Made by a program: the position numbers and the translations under genes. From an uncultured Acidobacteriota bacterium (GTDB lineage: Bacteria; Acidobacteriota; Polarisedimenticolia; Polarisedimenticolales; JAIQFR01), in the NCBI GenBank assembly GCA_937864465.1, contig CALMJU010000070.1:9095-73094 (forward strand): 64,000 nucleotides of DNA. The letters run 5' to 3'. Below the pieces are notes generated by a model. It made no database searches and was not told the origin of the DNA. It saw nothing but the letters and a program-made list of their open reading frames with translations. Position 1 is the stretch's first letter, and every line of letters starts with the position of its first letter. Below are positions 54,417 to 62,670 of this stretch, piece after piece.

Positions 54417-55052
54417 TCAGCGCGCCACCAGGGCGGCCACGCGCTCGACGGCGTTCGCGGCGTCGTAGCCGTAGTCGTCCGCCCCGATCTCGCGCGCGAA
54501 GTCGGCGGACACCGGCGCCCCCCCGACGATCGTCCGGACCGATCCCCCGAGGCCCCGCTCCCGGACGAGCCCGACGACCCTCGCCATCGCCGGCATCGTC
54601 GTCGTCAGGAGCGCCGACATCCCGATCACGCGGGCCCCCTCCCGCTCGGCCGCCTCGACGAAGCGCTCCGGGGGAACGTCGCGGCCGAGGTCTACGACGT
54701 CGAAGCCGGCGCCCCGGAGGAGGACGCCGACGAGGTTCTTGCCGATGTCGTGGAGGTCCCCCTTGACCGTGCCGATCACGACCTTCCCACGCGAAGGCAT
54801 CCCCTCCCCCTCGAGGAGCGGCTTCAGGATCTCCACCCCCGCGATCATCGCCTTCGCGGCGAGCAGCACGTCGGGGAGGAAGATCTCGTGCGCCTTGAAC
54901 CTCGCGCCGACGGCCTCCATCCCGCGGACGAGCCCCTCGTCGAGGACGACCCTCGGGGCGACCCCCGCGGCCAGCGCAGCGCGCGTCCTCTCCGCGGCGC
55001 GCTCATCGTCTCCCGTCTCGAGGCTCGAAGCGATCTCCCGAAGCAGGTCCAT
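54417..55052 (-). CDS. Corrinoid (B12-binding) protein, cap plus Rossmann domain
   Basis: GMEAVG.RF, FLPDVL, GTVKGDLHDIGKNLV (DxHxxG), SALLTTT and GGA. Confidence 0.95.
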   Translation of the reverse strand: MDLLREIASSLETGDDERAAERTRAALAAGVAPRVVLDEGLVRGMEAVGARFKAHEIFLPDVLLAAKAMIAGVEILKPLLEGEGMPSRGKVVIGTVKGDLHDIGKNLVGVLLRGAGFDVVDLGRDVPPERFVEAAEREGARVIGMSALLTTTMPAMARVVGLVRERGLGGSVRTIVGGAPVSADFAREIGADDYGYDAANAVERVAALVAR

Positions 55053-55062
55053 CGGCGGTCTC

Positions 55063-55785
55063 CTAGGAGGGCCGGAGCGCGACCGGTCGGCCCGCGCGCT
55101 CCCGGCAGTGGTGGTCGGAACAGGCGGCGCAGCACGAGTACGCCGCCTCGATGCGGTGGATCTCCGCGGGCCCGACGAGGATCGCCCCGGAGACCGACTT
55201 CAAGGGGTCCATGAGGCAGCTCTCACCGAGGGAGATCCCGATCTCCCCGGGCCCGAGCCTCTCGAACAGCCTGCGCTGCCCCGTGACGTGCCAGCCGCAG
55301 TAGCCCGGGCTGTAGTCGAGCGCGGTCCGGTCGGGGGCCGCGGCGCCCCTCGCGACGACCGCCTCGAGGAACCGGGCCACCACGACGCGCGCGAACCTCC
55401 CGGCGGCCGCCGACGCCGCGGCGTCGAGGAGGTAGCCGAGCGGGAACTCCCCGGTCTCGAACAGCGCCCCGATCTCGTCCTGCACCTCCCGGCCGAGCGT
55501 CAGGGCGAAGAGGCCGGTCCGCTCGGCCCTCGGGTGGATCGCCTCGATCGGGTTCGGGGAGACGTTGCTCCCCTCCCCCTCGAGCACCTGCGCGAACTCC
55601 GAGGGCGCGATCTCCTCGAAGACGGCGACCGGACGCGCGTGCCGCCCGAGCAGCTCGACGGCCCGCTCGACGAGCCGCGCCACTCCGGCGGCGGGCTCCG
55701 CGCGCGGCGCCATCCCCGTGTGGCCGAGCACGCCGTCCCGGTCCGGGAGAATCGAGTCCGGGGAGATGCGGCAGACCTCCCTCAC
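55063..55785 (-). CDS. Stand-alone MetH reactivation (AdoMet-binding)-like domain protein
   Basis: FALTLG, YLLDAAAS, YSPGYCGW...GQ, SCLMDPLKSVSG and C-terminal CCAACSDHHC. Confidence 0.82.
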   Translation of the reverse strand: MREVCRISPDSILPDRDGVLGHTGMAPRAEPAAGVARLVERAVELLGRHARPVAVFEEIAPSEFAQVLEGEGSNVSPNPIEAIHPRAERTGLFALTLGREVQDEIGALFETGEFPLGYLLDAAASAAAGRFARVVVARFLEAVVARGAAAPDRTALDYSPGYCGWHVTGQRRLFERLGPGEIGISLGESCLMDPLKSVSGAILVGPAEIHRIEAAYSCCAACSDHHCRERAGRPVALRPS

Positions 55786-57242
55786 TCGTCCCTCCAGGGG
55801 AGCCTCCCCATGCCGGCCCGGCGCGCCTCGGCCTCCATGAGGCGCGTCATCTCGCGCCGGACCTCCGCGGCGAGCGGAGGAGGCGTCCAGGCCCTGATGT
55901 GCTTCTCGACCTCGCGGGACGCCCGCTCGCCGAGCGAGAGCGCCCCCTCCTCCCTCCACCGGGAGAGGTTCGCCCGGTCGATCGCGGGCCCCGGCACGCA
56001 GTGCTCGGCGCGCAGGTGCCGGCGCGTGTGCTTCGCGACGAGGAGATGCCCTTCCCGGAGGAGCTCCTCGAAGAGCGGCGCCGCGGGGAAGTCGTCCCGC
56101 GGCTCGATCCCCCGGGCGAGCCGGAGCGCGAACCCGCAGATCTCGTGGTCCACGACGAGCTTCTCGAGGCTCTGGCAGCTCTCGAAATCGAGCATCCCGG
56201 GGCCGGAGACGCTGTTGATCCCGGCGAGCGCCGCGAGCGTCGCCCCCATCGACGACTCGAGCCCGGCCTGGGCGTCGAGCCTCTTGGAATCCGAGAGGCC
56301 GATGTAGGCCTGCGTGGGCAGGCCGAGCGATTTCCCGATCTCGTGGTAGGCGCAGTCGATCATCTGCGTCTCGACCGCGCCCATCGGCGTCGTCTCGAAG
56401 CGAAGGTCGAAGGCGGCGGGCGACCCCCCGTAGAGGACCGGGGCGCCGGGGCTCGCGAGCTGCGCGATCACGTAGCCGGACAGCGTCTCCGCCGTGTGCT
56501 GCACGAGCGTCCCGACGAGCGTCACCGGCGCCATGAAGCCGGAGAGCGGCATCGAGATCAGCTCCGTCGGGATCGAGGCGCGCGCGCAGTCCACCAGGTT
56601 CTGCGAAGTGACCTCGCTCCACCTCAAGGGGGACGTCGGGCAGCACGAGAAGACCGCGAGCGGCCGCTCCGCGAGGGCGCTCCCGCTCCCGCGCACGGCG
56701 ACCAGGAGGTCGCGCATGACGGCGAACGACTCGATCGAGAACGCTCCGGTCACGACCGGCTTCCGGCAGTGGAGGAGGCTCAGGTAGAGCCGGTAGCTGT
56801 CGGAGATCCCCTCGGCGACGTCCGAGGGTACGATCGCCGTCGCCGCCGCGTGGATGTGGGGGAGCGCCGCCACGACCTTCGCGTGCTCGATGCAGTCCGC
56901 GGTCGCGGGCTTCCGGGACTCCCCCGTGCGCCCGTCGAGCACGCGGATCGCCGCGGAGCCCGGCGTGAAGTGGACCTTGCGCCCCGAGAGGTCGTGCGTC
57001 TCCCGCCCCTCGACGTCGTGGAGCCGGAACCCCTTCGGGGCGGAGGCGACGGCGCGGTCGATCAGGTCGCCCCTGAGGAACGCCCGCGACGACGCGCGGT
57101 CCACCTTGGCGCCGTGGTCCGCCAGGAGCGCGAGGACCCGCGGGTTGTGGACCTCGACGCCGACCCGCAGGAGAACGTCGCGCGCCTCGGCGAGGATCCT
57201 GCCGACGAGATCGTCCTCGAGAAGTCTGAGAAGCGGTCGCAT
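55782..57242 (-). CDS. Trimethylamine-methyltransferase (MttB) superfamily, non-pyrrolysine
   Basis: PTSPL, MAPVTLVGTLVQHTAETLSG, PGAPVLYG, GLP....GLSDSK.LDAQAGLE and GMLDF...SLEKLVVD. No in-frame TAG. Confidence 0.92.
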   Translation of the reverse strand: MRPLLRLLEDDLVGRILAEARDVLLRVGVEVHNPRVLALLADHGAKVDRASSRAFLRGDLIDRAVASAPKGFRLHDVEGRETHDLSGRKVHFTPGSAAIRVLDGRTGESRKPATADCIEHAKVVAALPHIHAAATAIVPSDVAEGISDSYRLYLSLLHCRKPVVTGAFSIESFAVMRDLLVAVRGSGSALAERPLAVFSCCPTSPLRWSEVTSQNLVDCARASIPTELISMPLSGFMAPVTLVGTLVQHTAETLSGYVIAQLASPGAPVLYGGSPAAFDLRFETTPMGAVETQMIDCAYHEIGKSLGLPTQAYIGLSDSKRLDAQAGLESSMGATLAALAGINSVSGPGMLDFESCQSLEKLVVDHEICGFALRLARGIEPRDDFPAAPLFEELLREGHLLVAKHTRRHLRAEHCVPGPAIDRANLSRWREEGALSLGERASREVEKHIRAWTPPPLAAEVRREMTRLMEAEARRAGMGRLPWRDE

Positions 57243-57264
57243 GAATCCCCTCCGGGGAGGCCGC

Positions 57265-57897
57265 TCAGCGGACCTCCGCCAGGACCTCGTCCGTCGTCGC
57301 GATCCTCACCCCCGTCCGGCGCCAGGAGTCGAGCAGCGGGAGCGCCGCCTCCGGCCGGATCGCCTTCGCCGCGTCCTCCACCATCCAGATCTCCGCGACG
57401 CCGAGCCGCAGGAACCCCTCGACGGCGTGCCGGCCGGAGACGTCGAGGGCGACACCGTACACGACGATCCTCTCCGGGTCGAGGGCGCGGAGCACCGTGG
57501 AGGCGTTGGGGTTCGAGAAGACGTCGAAGCGCTGCTTCAGCAGGAAGACCTCTCCGTCGTGGTCGCGCACCTGCGCGGCCAGCACCGGGCAGGGGATCGG
57601 ATTCGAGGGGACCCAGAGGGGGTTCTCGGGGGCGGTCGCGGGGATCTTGGCCGCCCCCGGCGTGCCCGCGACGCAGTGCGGCGGGCACCTCTCCCGCCCG
57701 TACGGCGCCGGCTCGCCCTCGTCGCCGGGCTCGCGATGGGTCACGGAGCCCGCCCTCTCGACGCCCATGCGGCGCGCGTGGAACGTGAGGCGCTCGAGGT
57801 TCGGCACGATCGTCTCCGCCCCAGGCACGTACATCGCCCCCGACGGCGCCATGAAGTCCACCTGCGTGTCCGCGTCCCAGAAGAGCGTTCGAACCAT
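57265..57897 (-). CDS. Isochorismatase/nicotinamidase-fold protein with nucleophile Cys replaced by Ser
   Basis: DADTQVDFM..GA, PPHCVAGTPGA, K..FDVFSNP and YGVALDVS. Confidence 0.8.
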   Translation of the reverse strand: MVRTLFWDADTQVDFMAPSGAMYVPGAETIVPNLERLTFHARRMGVERAGSVTHREPGDEGEPAPYGRERCPPHCVAGTPGAAKIPATAPENPLWVPSNPIPCPVLAAQVRDHDGEVFLLKQRFDVFSNPNASTVLRALDPERIVVYGVALDVSGRHAVEGFLRLGVAEIWMVEDAAKAIRPEAALPLLDSWRRTGVRIATTDEVLAEVR

Positions 57898-57923
57898 CGC
57901 GTTCGCCCTCCGGGCCGGGGGGC

Positions 57924-58853
57924 TTACCCCCCCTGCGCCTCCAGCCATCGCTCGCAGTCGATCGCCGCCCGGCACCCGGCCCCGGCGGCGGTGATCGCCT
58001 GGCGGTACGTGTGGTCGTGCACGTCGCCCGCGGCGAAGACGCCGTCGACGCTCGTGTACGACGATCCGCCGTGCACCTCGAGGTATCCCGCGGCGTCCGC
58101 CGGGAGGACGCCCCGGAAGGCGGCCGTGTTCGGGACGTGGCCGATCGCGACGAAGAACCCCGCGCAGGGGCGCGTCGAGACCGCGCCGGTCTCGACGTTC
58201 CGGACCCGGACCTCCGTGACCTTCCGGCCGTCGCCCGCGACGCCCTCCACGACGGAGCTCCACACGACCTCGATCTTGGGGCTCCGGAGGACGCGCTCCG
58301 CCATGATCTTCGACGCGCGGAACGCGTCCCGGCGGTGGATCACGCTCACGCGGGACCCGTAGCGGGCGAGGAACAGCGCCTCCTCCAGCGCCGAGTCCCC
58401 GCCGCCGACCACCACGATCTCCTTGCCGCGGAAGAAGAACCCGTCGCACGTCGCGCAGTAGGAGACCCCCCGTCCTGCGTACTCCTTCTCCCCCTCGACC
58501 CCGAGCGGGCGCGGGGAGGCGCCCGTCGCCACGATCACCGCCCGCGCCCGGAGCTCCCGCTCGTCGGTCCAGACCGCGAACGGCCTCGAGGAGAAGTCGG
58601 CCCTCACGACGTCGCCGGGGACGAAGGCCGCGCCGAAGCGCTCCGCCTGCTTCCGGAACCGGTCCATCAGCTCGGGGCCCTGGATCCCCTCGGGGAAGCC
58701 GGGGTAGTTCTCCACGTCCGTCGTGTTCACGAGCTGGCCGCCGGCGAGCAGCCCTTCCACGACGACGGGCTCGAGGCCCGCGCGCGCGCAGTAGATCGCG
58801 GCGGTCAGCCCCGCCGGTCCCGAGCCGACGATCACGACGTGGTGCAGGTCCAC
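57924..58853 (-). CDS. trxB: Thioredoxin-disulfide reductase
   Basis: GSGPAG, GGQL, VENYPGF, GVSYCATCDG, VGGGDSA, GVFAAGDV and RQAITAAG. Confidence 0.96.
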   Translation of the reverse strand: MDLHHVVIVGSGPAGLTAAIYCARAGLEPVVVEGLLAGGQLVNTTDVENYPGFPEGIQGPELMDRFRKQAERFGAAFVPGDVVRADFSSRPFAVWTDERELRARAVIVATGASPRPLGVEGEKEYAGRGVSYCATCDGFFFRGKEIVVVGGGDSALEEALFLARYGSRVSVIHRRDAFRASKIMAERVLRSPKIEVVWSSVVEGVAGDGRKVTEVRVRNVETGAVSTRPCAGFFVAIGHVPNTAAFRGVLPADAAGYLEVHGGSSYTSVDGVFAAGDVHDHTYRQAITAAGAGCRAAIDCERWLEAQGG

Positions 58854-58869
58854 CGTCCCCTCCCCTCGC

Positions 58870-60108
58870 TCACTCGAGCTGCATTCCGCGCGGGATCACG
58901 ACGACCCCGCCGACCGTGACCATGTACCGCTCCCGGTCCTCCTCCGGATCCTCGCCGATCACGAGCCCGGGGGGCACCCTCACGTCCTTGTCGAGGATCG
59001 CCCGGCGCACGCGCGCGTGGCGCCCGATCTCGACCCCGTCCATCAGCACGCTGTCCGCGACGCGGGCGTACGAGTTGACCCTCACCCTCGGTCCCAGGAC
59101 CGACCGCTCGACGCGGCCCCCGCTGACGATGACCCCGCCGCTCACGATCGAGTCGAGGAGGAGCCCGATCCTCCCCCCCGGCTCCTCCTGGGCGAAGACG
59201 GTCTTCGCCGGGGGGAGCTGAAGCGGGACCGTCCGGAGCGGCCATTCGCGGTCGTAGAGGTTGAACACCGGGTCCACGGCGACCAGGTCCATGCTGGCCT
59301 CGTAGTAGGCGTCGAGCGTCCCGATGTCCCGCCAGTAGGCCGTCTCCTTCCGGTTCTCGTCCACGAACGGGTACGCGAAGAGCTTCCCCGTCCCGACGAG
59401 GGCCGGGAGGACGTCGTGGCCGAAGTCGTGGCGGGTCTCCCTCCGGGCGTCGGAGCACAGCGCGCGCACCAGCGCCTCGGTCTCGAAGCAGTAGACCCCC
59501 ATGTTCACGAGGGCGTGGCCGGGCCGGCCGGGGATCGGCTGCGGGTCGGCCGGCTTCTCCGTGAACGAGACGATCCGCCAGCTCTCGTCCACGCCGAGGA
59601 CGCCGAACGCGGAGGCCTGCTCGATCGGCACGACGACCGCGCCGGCGGTGGCGATCGCCCCCTTCAGGCCGTGGAACTCCAGCATCCGGCAGTAGTCCAT
59701 CTTGTACACGTGGTCGCCGGACAGGATGACCACCTTCTCGGGCCGCTCCTGCTCGAGGAGGTAGATGTTCTGGTAGACCGCGTCGGCGGTCCCGGCGTAC
59801 CAGCGCTGCCCCACGCGCAGCTGCGGCGGCACCGTGTAGACCCACTCGCCCAGCTCGGCCGACAGGATCGGGTCCCACCCCTGCTGGATGTGCCGCTCGA
59901 GGCTGCCCGACTTGTACTGCGTCAGGACGAAGATCTTCCGGAGCCCGGAGTTCAGGCAGTTCGAGAGGGTGAAGTCGATGATCCGGTAGTTCCCACCGAA
60001 GGGGACCGCGGGCTTCCCCCGGTCCCGCGTCAGGGGGTAGAGCCGCTCCCCCTGGCCGCCCGCGAGGACCAGGGCGAGCACGTCCTCGAAGATCGCCTTC
60101 CGTCGCAA
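58870..60108 (-). CDS. glgC: Glucose-1-phosphate adenylyltransferase (ADP-glucose pyrophosphorylase)
   Basis: LAGGQGERLYPLT, KPAVPFGG, GTADAVYQN, LSGDHVYKMDY, EKP, DFG.D and YWRDIGT. Confidence 0.96.
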   Translation of the reverse strand: MRRKAIFEDVLALVLAGGQGERLYPLTRDRGKPAVPFGGNYRIIDFTLSNCLNSGLRKIFVLTQYKSGSLERHIQQGWDPILSAELGEWVYTVPPQLRVGQRWYAGTADAVYQNIYLLEQERPEKVVILSGDHVYKMDYCRMLEFHGLKGAIATAGAVVVPIEQASAFGVLGVDESWRIVSFTEKPADPQPIPGRPGHALVNMGVYCFETEALVRALCSDARRETRHDFGHDVLPALVGTGKLFAYPFVDENRKETAYWRDIGTLDAYYEASMDLVAVDPVFNLYDREWPLRTVPLQLPPAKTVFAQEEPGGRIGLLLDSIVSGGVIVSGGRVERSVLGPRVRVNSYARVADSVLMDGVEIGRHARVRRAILDKDVRVPPGLVIGEDPEEDRERYMVTVGGVVVIPRGMQLE

Positions 60109-60129
60109 GGTCCGCCTCCCTTCCGGGCG

Positions 60130-60510
60130 CTACGGCTTCGCGGGGGGCCCGCCCGGACACCCCTCGAGCAGCTCCCGGACCTTCGTCCTGAGCTCCGTGG
60201 TGTCCGCGCTCTTGATGATGTACGCGTCGGCGGCCCAGCTCATGAAGTTGTCCTTGTACGACGAGTACGCGGAGTTGAGCACCACCGGGATCTTCGGGTG
60301 CCTCTCCAGGATCCGGCCCATCGCCTCGAGCCCGTCCATCCCCGGCATCCGGATGTCCAGGACGACGAGATCGGGGGACTCGCGCTCGATCGCCTCGAGC
60401 CCCTCGACCGCGTTCGCCGCCATCACGACCGTGTGGCCGTCCTGCTCGATGTCGTGCTTGTAGAGAAGGCGCAGGTTCTTCTCGTCCTCAACCACCAGGA
60501 TTTTCGCCAT
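60130..60510 (-). CDS. Single-domain response regulator (TrrA-like)
   Basis: ILVVEDE, LDIRMPGMDG and SAY...SWAADAYIIKS. Confidence 0.92.
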   Translation of the reverse strand: MAKILVVEDEKNLRLLYKHDIEQDGHTVVMAANAVEGLEAIERESPDLVVLDIRMPGMDGLEAMGRILERHPKIPVVLNSAYSSYKDNFMSWAADAYIIKSADTTELRTKVRELLEGCPGGPPAKP

Positions 60511-62653
60511 CGCCCGGTTCCTCCTCGACGGCCGGCAGCCGGAAGTAGACGGTCGTACCCGAGCCGACCTGGCTCTCGACGTGGATCTCACCCCCGTGGT
60601 CGCTCAGGATCTGGCTCGCGATCGTCAGCCCGAGCCCCGATCCCGTCGCCTTCGTGGTGAAGAACGGCTCGAAGATCTTGCCGCGGATGTCGGCCTGGAT
60701 GCCGACGCCGGTGTCCTCGACGGCCATCTCCACCCCGCCCGGGACCTCCCGCACGCGGATCGTCAGGCTCCCGCCGTGCGGCATCGCGTGGACCGCGTTG
60801 CGCATCACGTTGACGAGGGCCTGGAAGAGCTGGTTGCGGTCCGCGGCCGCCGGCGGGGCGTCGGCGTCCGCCTGGATGCGTCCGACCACCCCCGCCTCGT
60901 CGATCTCCCACCGGAGGAGGTCGAGCGCCTCGGACCCGAGCTGCCCCAGGTTCACCTTCCCGATCCGTGGCGCCACCGGCCGGGAGTAGTCGAGCACCTC
61001 GCGGACGATCGTCTCGAGGCGCCGCACCTCGTCCACGATGATCTGGATCGACTCGCGCTTCGCGTCCTGCTGGGGAACCTCCCGCAGGAGCGACCGCGCG
61101 AAGCCGCCGATCGCGACCAGGGGGTTCCGGATCTCGTGGACGACGCGCGCCGCCATCTCGCCGACCGCCGAGAGCCGCTCGGTCCGGAGCAGCCGCTCCT
61201 GGTTGCCGCGGATCTCCTGCGTGGCGCGCTCGAGGGACTGCACCTGCGTCTCGAGCTCCCCGATCAGCCGGGCCCGCTCGATGGCGAGGCCGGCCTGCAT
61301 CCCCAGGAGCTCGAGGACGCCGACGTCGGAGTCTTCGATCGGCCGCAGCGTGATCGCGTTGTCCGCGAGGAGGAGCCCCACCGGCTTCCCCTCGGCCACC
61401 AGCGGGACCGCCACGAAGTCCCGCACGCCGAGGCGCTCCAGGATGCCGGGGTGGACCGGACGGCCGGAGGGCATCTCGCGCCCCGCCTGCACGCGCACGG
61501 TGGAGGGGGAATGGAGGGCGCGGATGAGGAAGTGCTCGCCGTCGGGGAGCCGCGCCGCGAGCTCCCGCACGATCTCGTTGACCCGGCTGCTCTGCCGCTC
61601 CGCGAACGGCTCGTACTCGCGGAGCATCCGCCGCAGGCTCGGGCGCGTCCTCGCGAGCTCGTCCCAGATGCGGTGGGCCTCGTCGGGGTCCGAGGGGCCG
61701 ATCGCGACGCGGCCGCGGAGCTCCATCCTCTTCTCGTCGGCGAGCAGCAGGAACGCGCGGTTGAACTGCAGCCCCTCGCCGGCCGTCGCGCCGACGAGGA
61801 TCGCCCGCAGGATCTCCGAGAGGCCCATCGCCGACTGCAGCGCCTCGGCGATCTCGCGGATGATCGAGAGCTGCGCGACGCGGCGCTCGAGGTCCCGCTC
61901 GAGCTCCTTCGACCCGGTCAGGTCCAGGACGAGGTAGAACGCCCCCTCGGGCTCGCCGTCGGGGGTCAGGAGGTCGGTCCTCGTCACCATCACGCGCAGG
62001 GGCTGGCCCGCCGCGCCGCGGTGCCTGGCCTCGTAGCGGATCGTCAGCCGCTCCGGGATCGCCTCGGGCTCGACGAGGAGCGTCTCTCCCACGACCTCGG
62101 TCCACGGGCTGCCGACCGCGTCCTCGCCCGACCGGCCGTACAGCGCCGCCGCCCCCCGGTTCCAGGCGCGCACCGATCCGCCCGCGTCGACGAGCACGAC
62201 CGGAACCGACCAGCCCGCGATCAGGCGGACCAGGTCCATCGTGCCGCTGTGGAAGAACGAGCTGAGCCCCTCGGCCCCCCGGATCTCCCGCGTCAGCTCG
62301 ATCCAGAAGCGCTCGCTCCCCCCGCCGCCGCCGACGGCCGCGACCTGGACCTCGTAGACGCGGGGGGCTCCCCCCTCGCGGACGGTCCGCAGGATCCGGC
62401 GGACCTGCCCCTCCTCCGCGGCCACGGAGAGGAGGCACGGGTCGCAGGGCTCGTCGCTGCGGGCGAAGACCTCCTTGCACGTCTTTCCGACCGCCTCCGC
62501 CGCGGTGCAGCAGGGAAGGAGCCCGGTCGCCCACACGACGCGCCGGTCGCCGCCGAAGATCGCGGCGCCGAGCCTCCCCAGGTCGAAGACCCGGCGCACG
62601 AGGTCCTCGCACGGGAACGGCAGCGCGCCGTGGCTCCCCGTCTCGCCGCCCAT
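60488..62653 (-). CDS. Cytoplasmic sensor histidine kinase (PAS-PAS-GAF-HisKA-HATPase)
   Basis: Cys-rich PAS, WNRGAAALYG PAS, FNRAFL...ADN GAF, VHEIRNPL, RNA, DTGVGI and FFTTKATGSGLGL. Confidence 0.92.
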   Translation of the reverse strand: MGGETGSHGALPFPCEDLVRRVFDLGRLGAAIFGGDRRVVWATGLLPCCTAAEAVGKTCKEVFARSDEPCDPCLLSVAAEEGQVRRILRTVREGGAPRVYEVQVAAVGGGGGSERFWIELTREIRGAEGLSSFFHSGTMDLVRLIAGWSVPVVLVDAGGSVRAWNRGAAALYGRSGEDAVGSPWTEVVGETLLVEPEAIPERLTIRYEARHRGAAGQPLRVMVTRTDLLTPDGEPEGAFYLVLDLTGSKELERDLERRVAQLSIIREIAEALQSAMGLSEILRAILVGATAGEGLQFNRAFLLLADEKRMELRGRVAIGPSDPDEAHRIWDELARTRPSLRRMLREYEPFAERQSSRVNEIVRELAARLPDGEHFLIRALHSPSTVRVQAGREMPSGRPVHPGILERLGVRDFVAVPLVAEGKPVGLLLADNAITLRPIEDSDVGVLELLGMQAGLAIERARLIGELETQVQSLERATQEIRGNQERLLRTERLSAVGEMAARVVHEIRNPLVAIGGFARSLLREVPQQDAKRESIQIIVDEVRRLETIVREVLDYSRPVAPRIGKVNLGQLGSEALDLLRWEIDEAGVVGRIQADADAPPAAADRNQLFQALVNVMRNAVHAMPHGGSLTIRVREVPGGVEMAVEDTGVGIQADIRGKIFEPFFTTKATGSGLGLTIASQILSDHGGEIHVESQVGSGTTVYFRLPAVEEEPGDGENPGG

Positions 62654-62670
62654 CGGATCCCCGCCCTCCT

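Noticed and set aside
55782-57242. Pyrrolysine recoding in MttB
   Set aside because: No in-frame TAG. Leu occupies the expected position.
57243-57264. Cobalamin or SAM riboswitch ahead of the methyltransferase genes
   Set aside because: The intergenic gap is only about 22 nt, leaving no room, and no motif is present.
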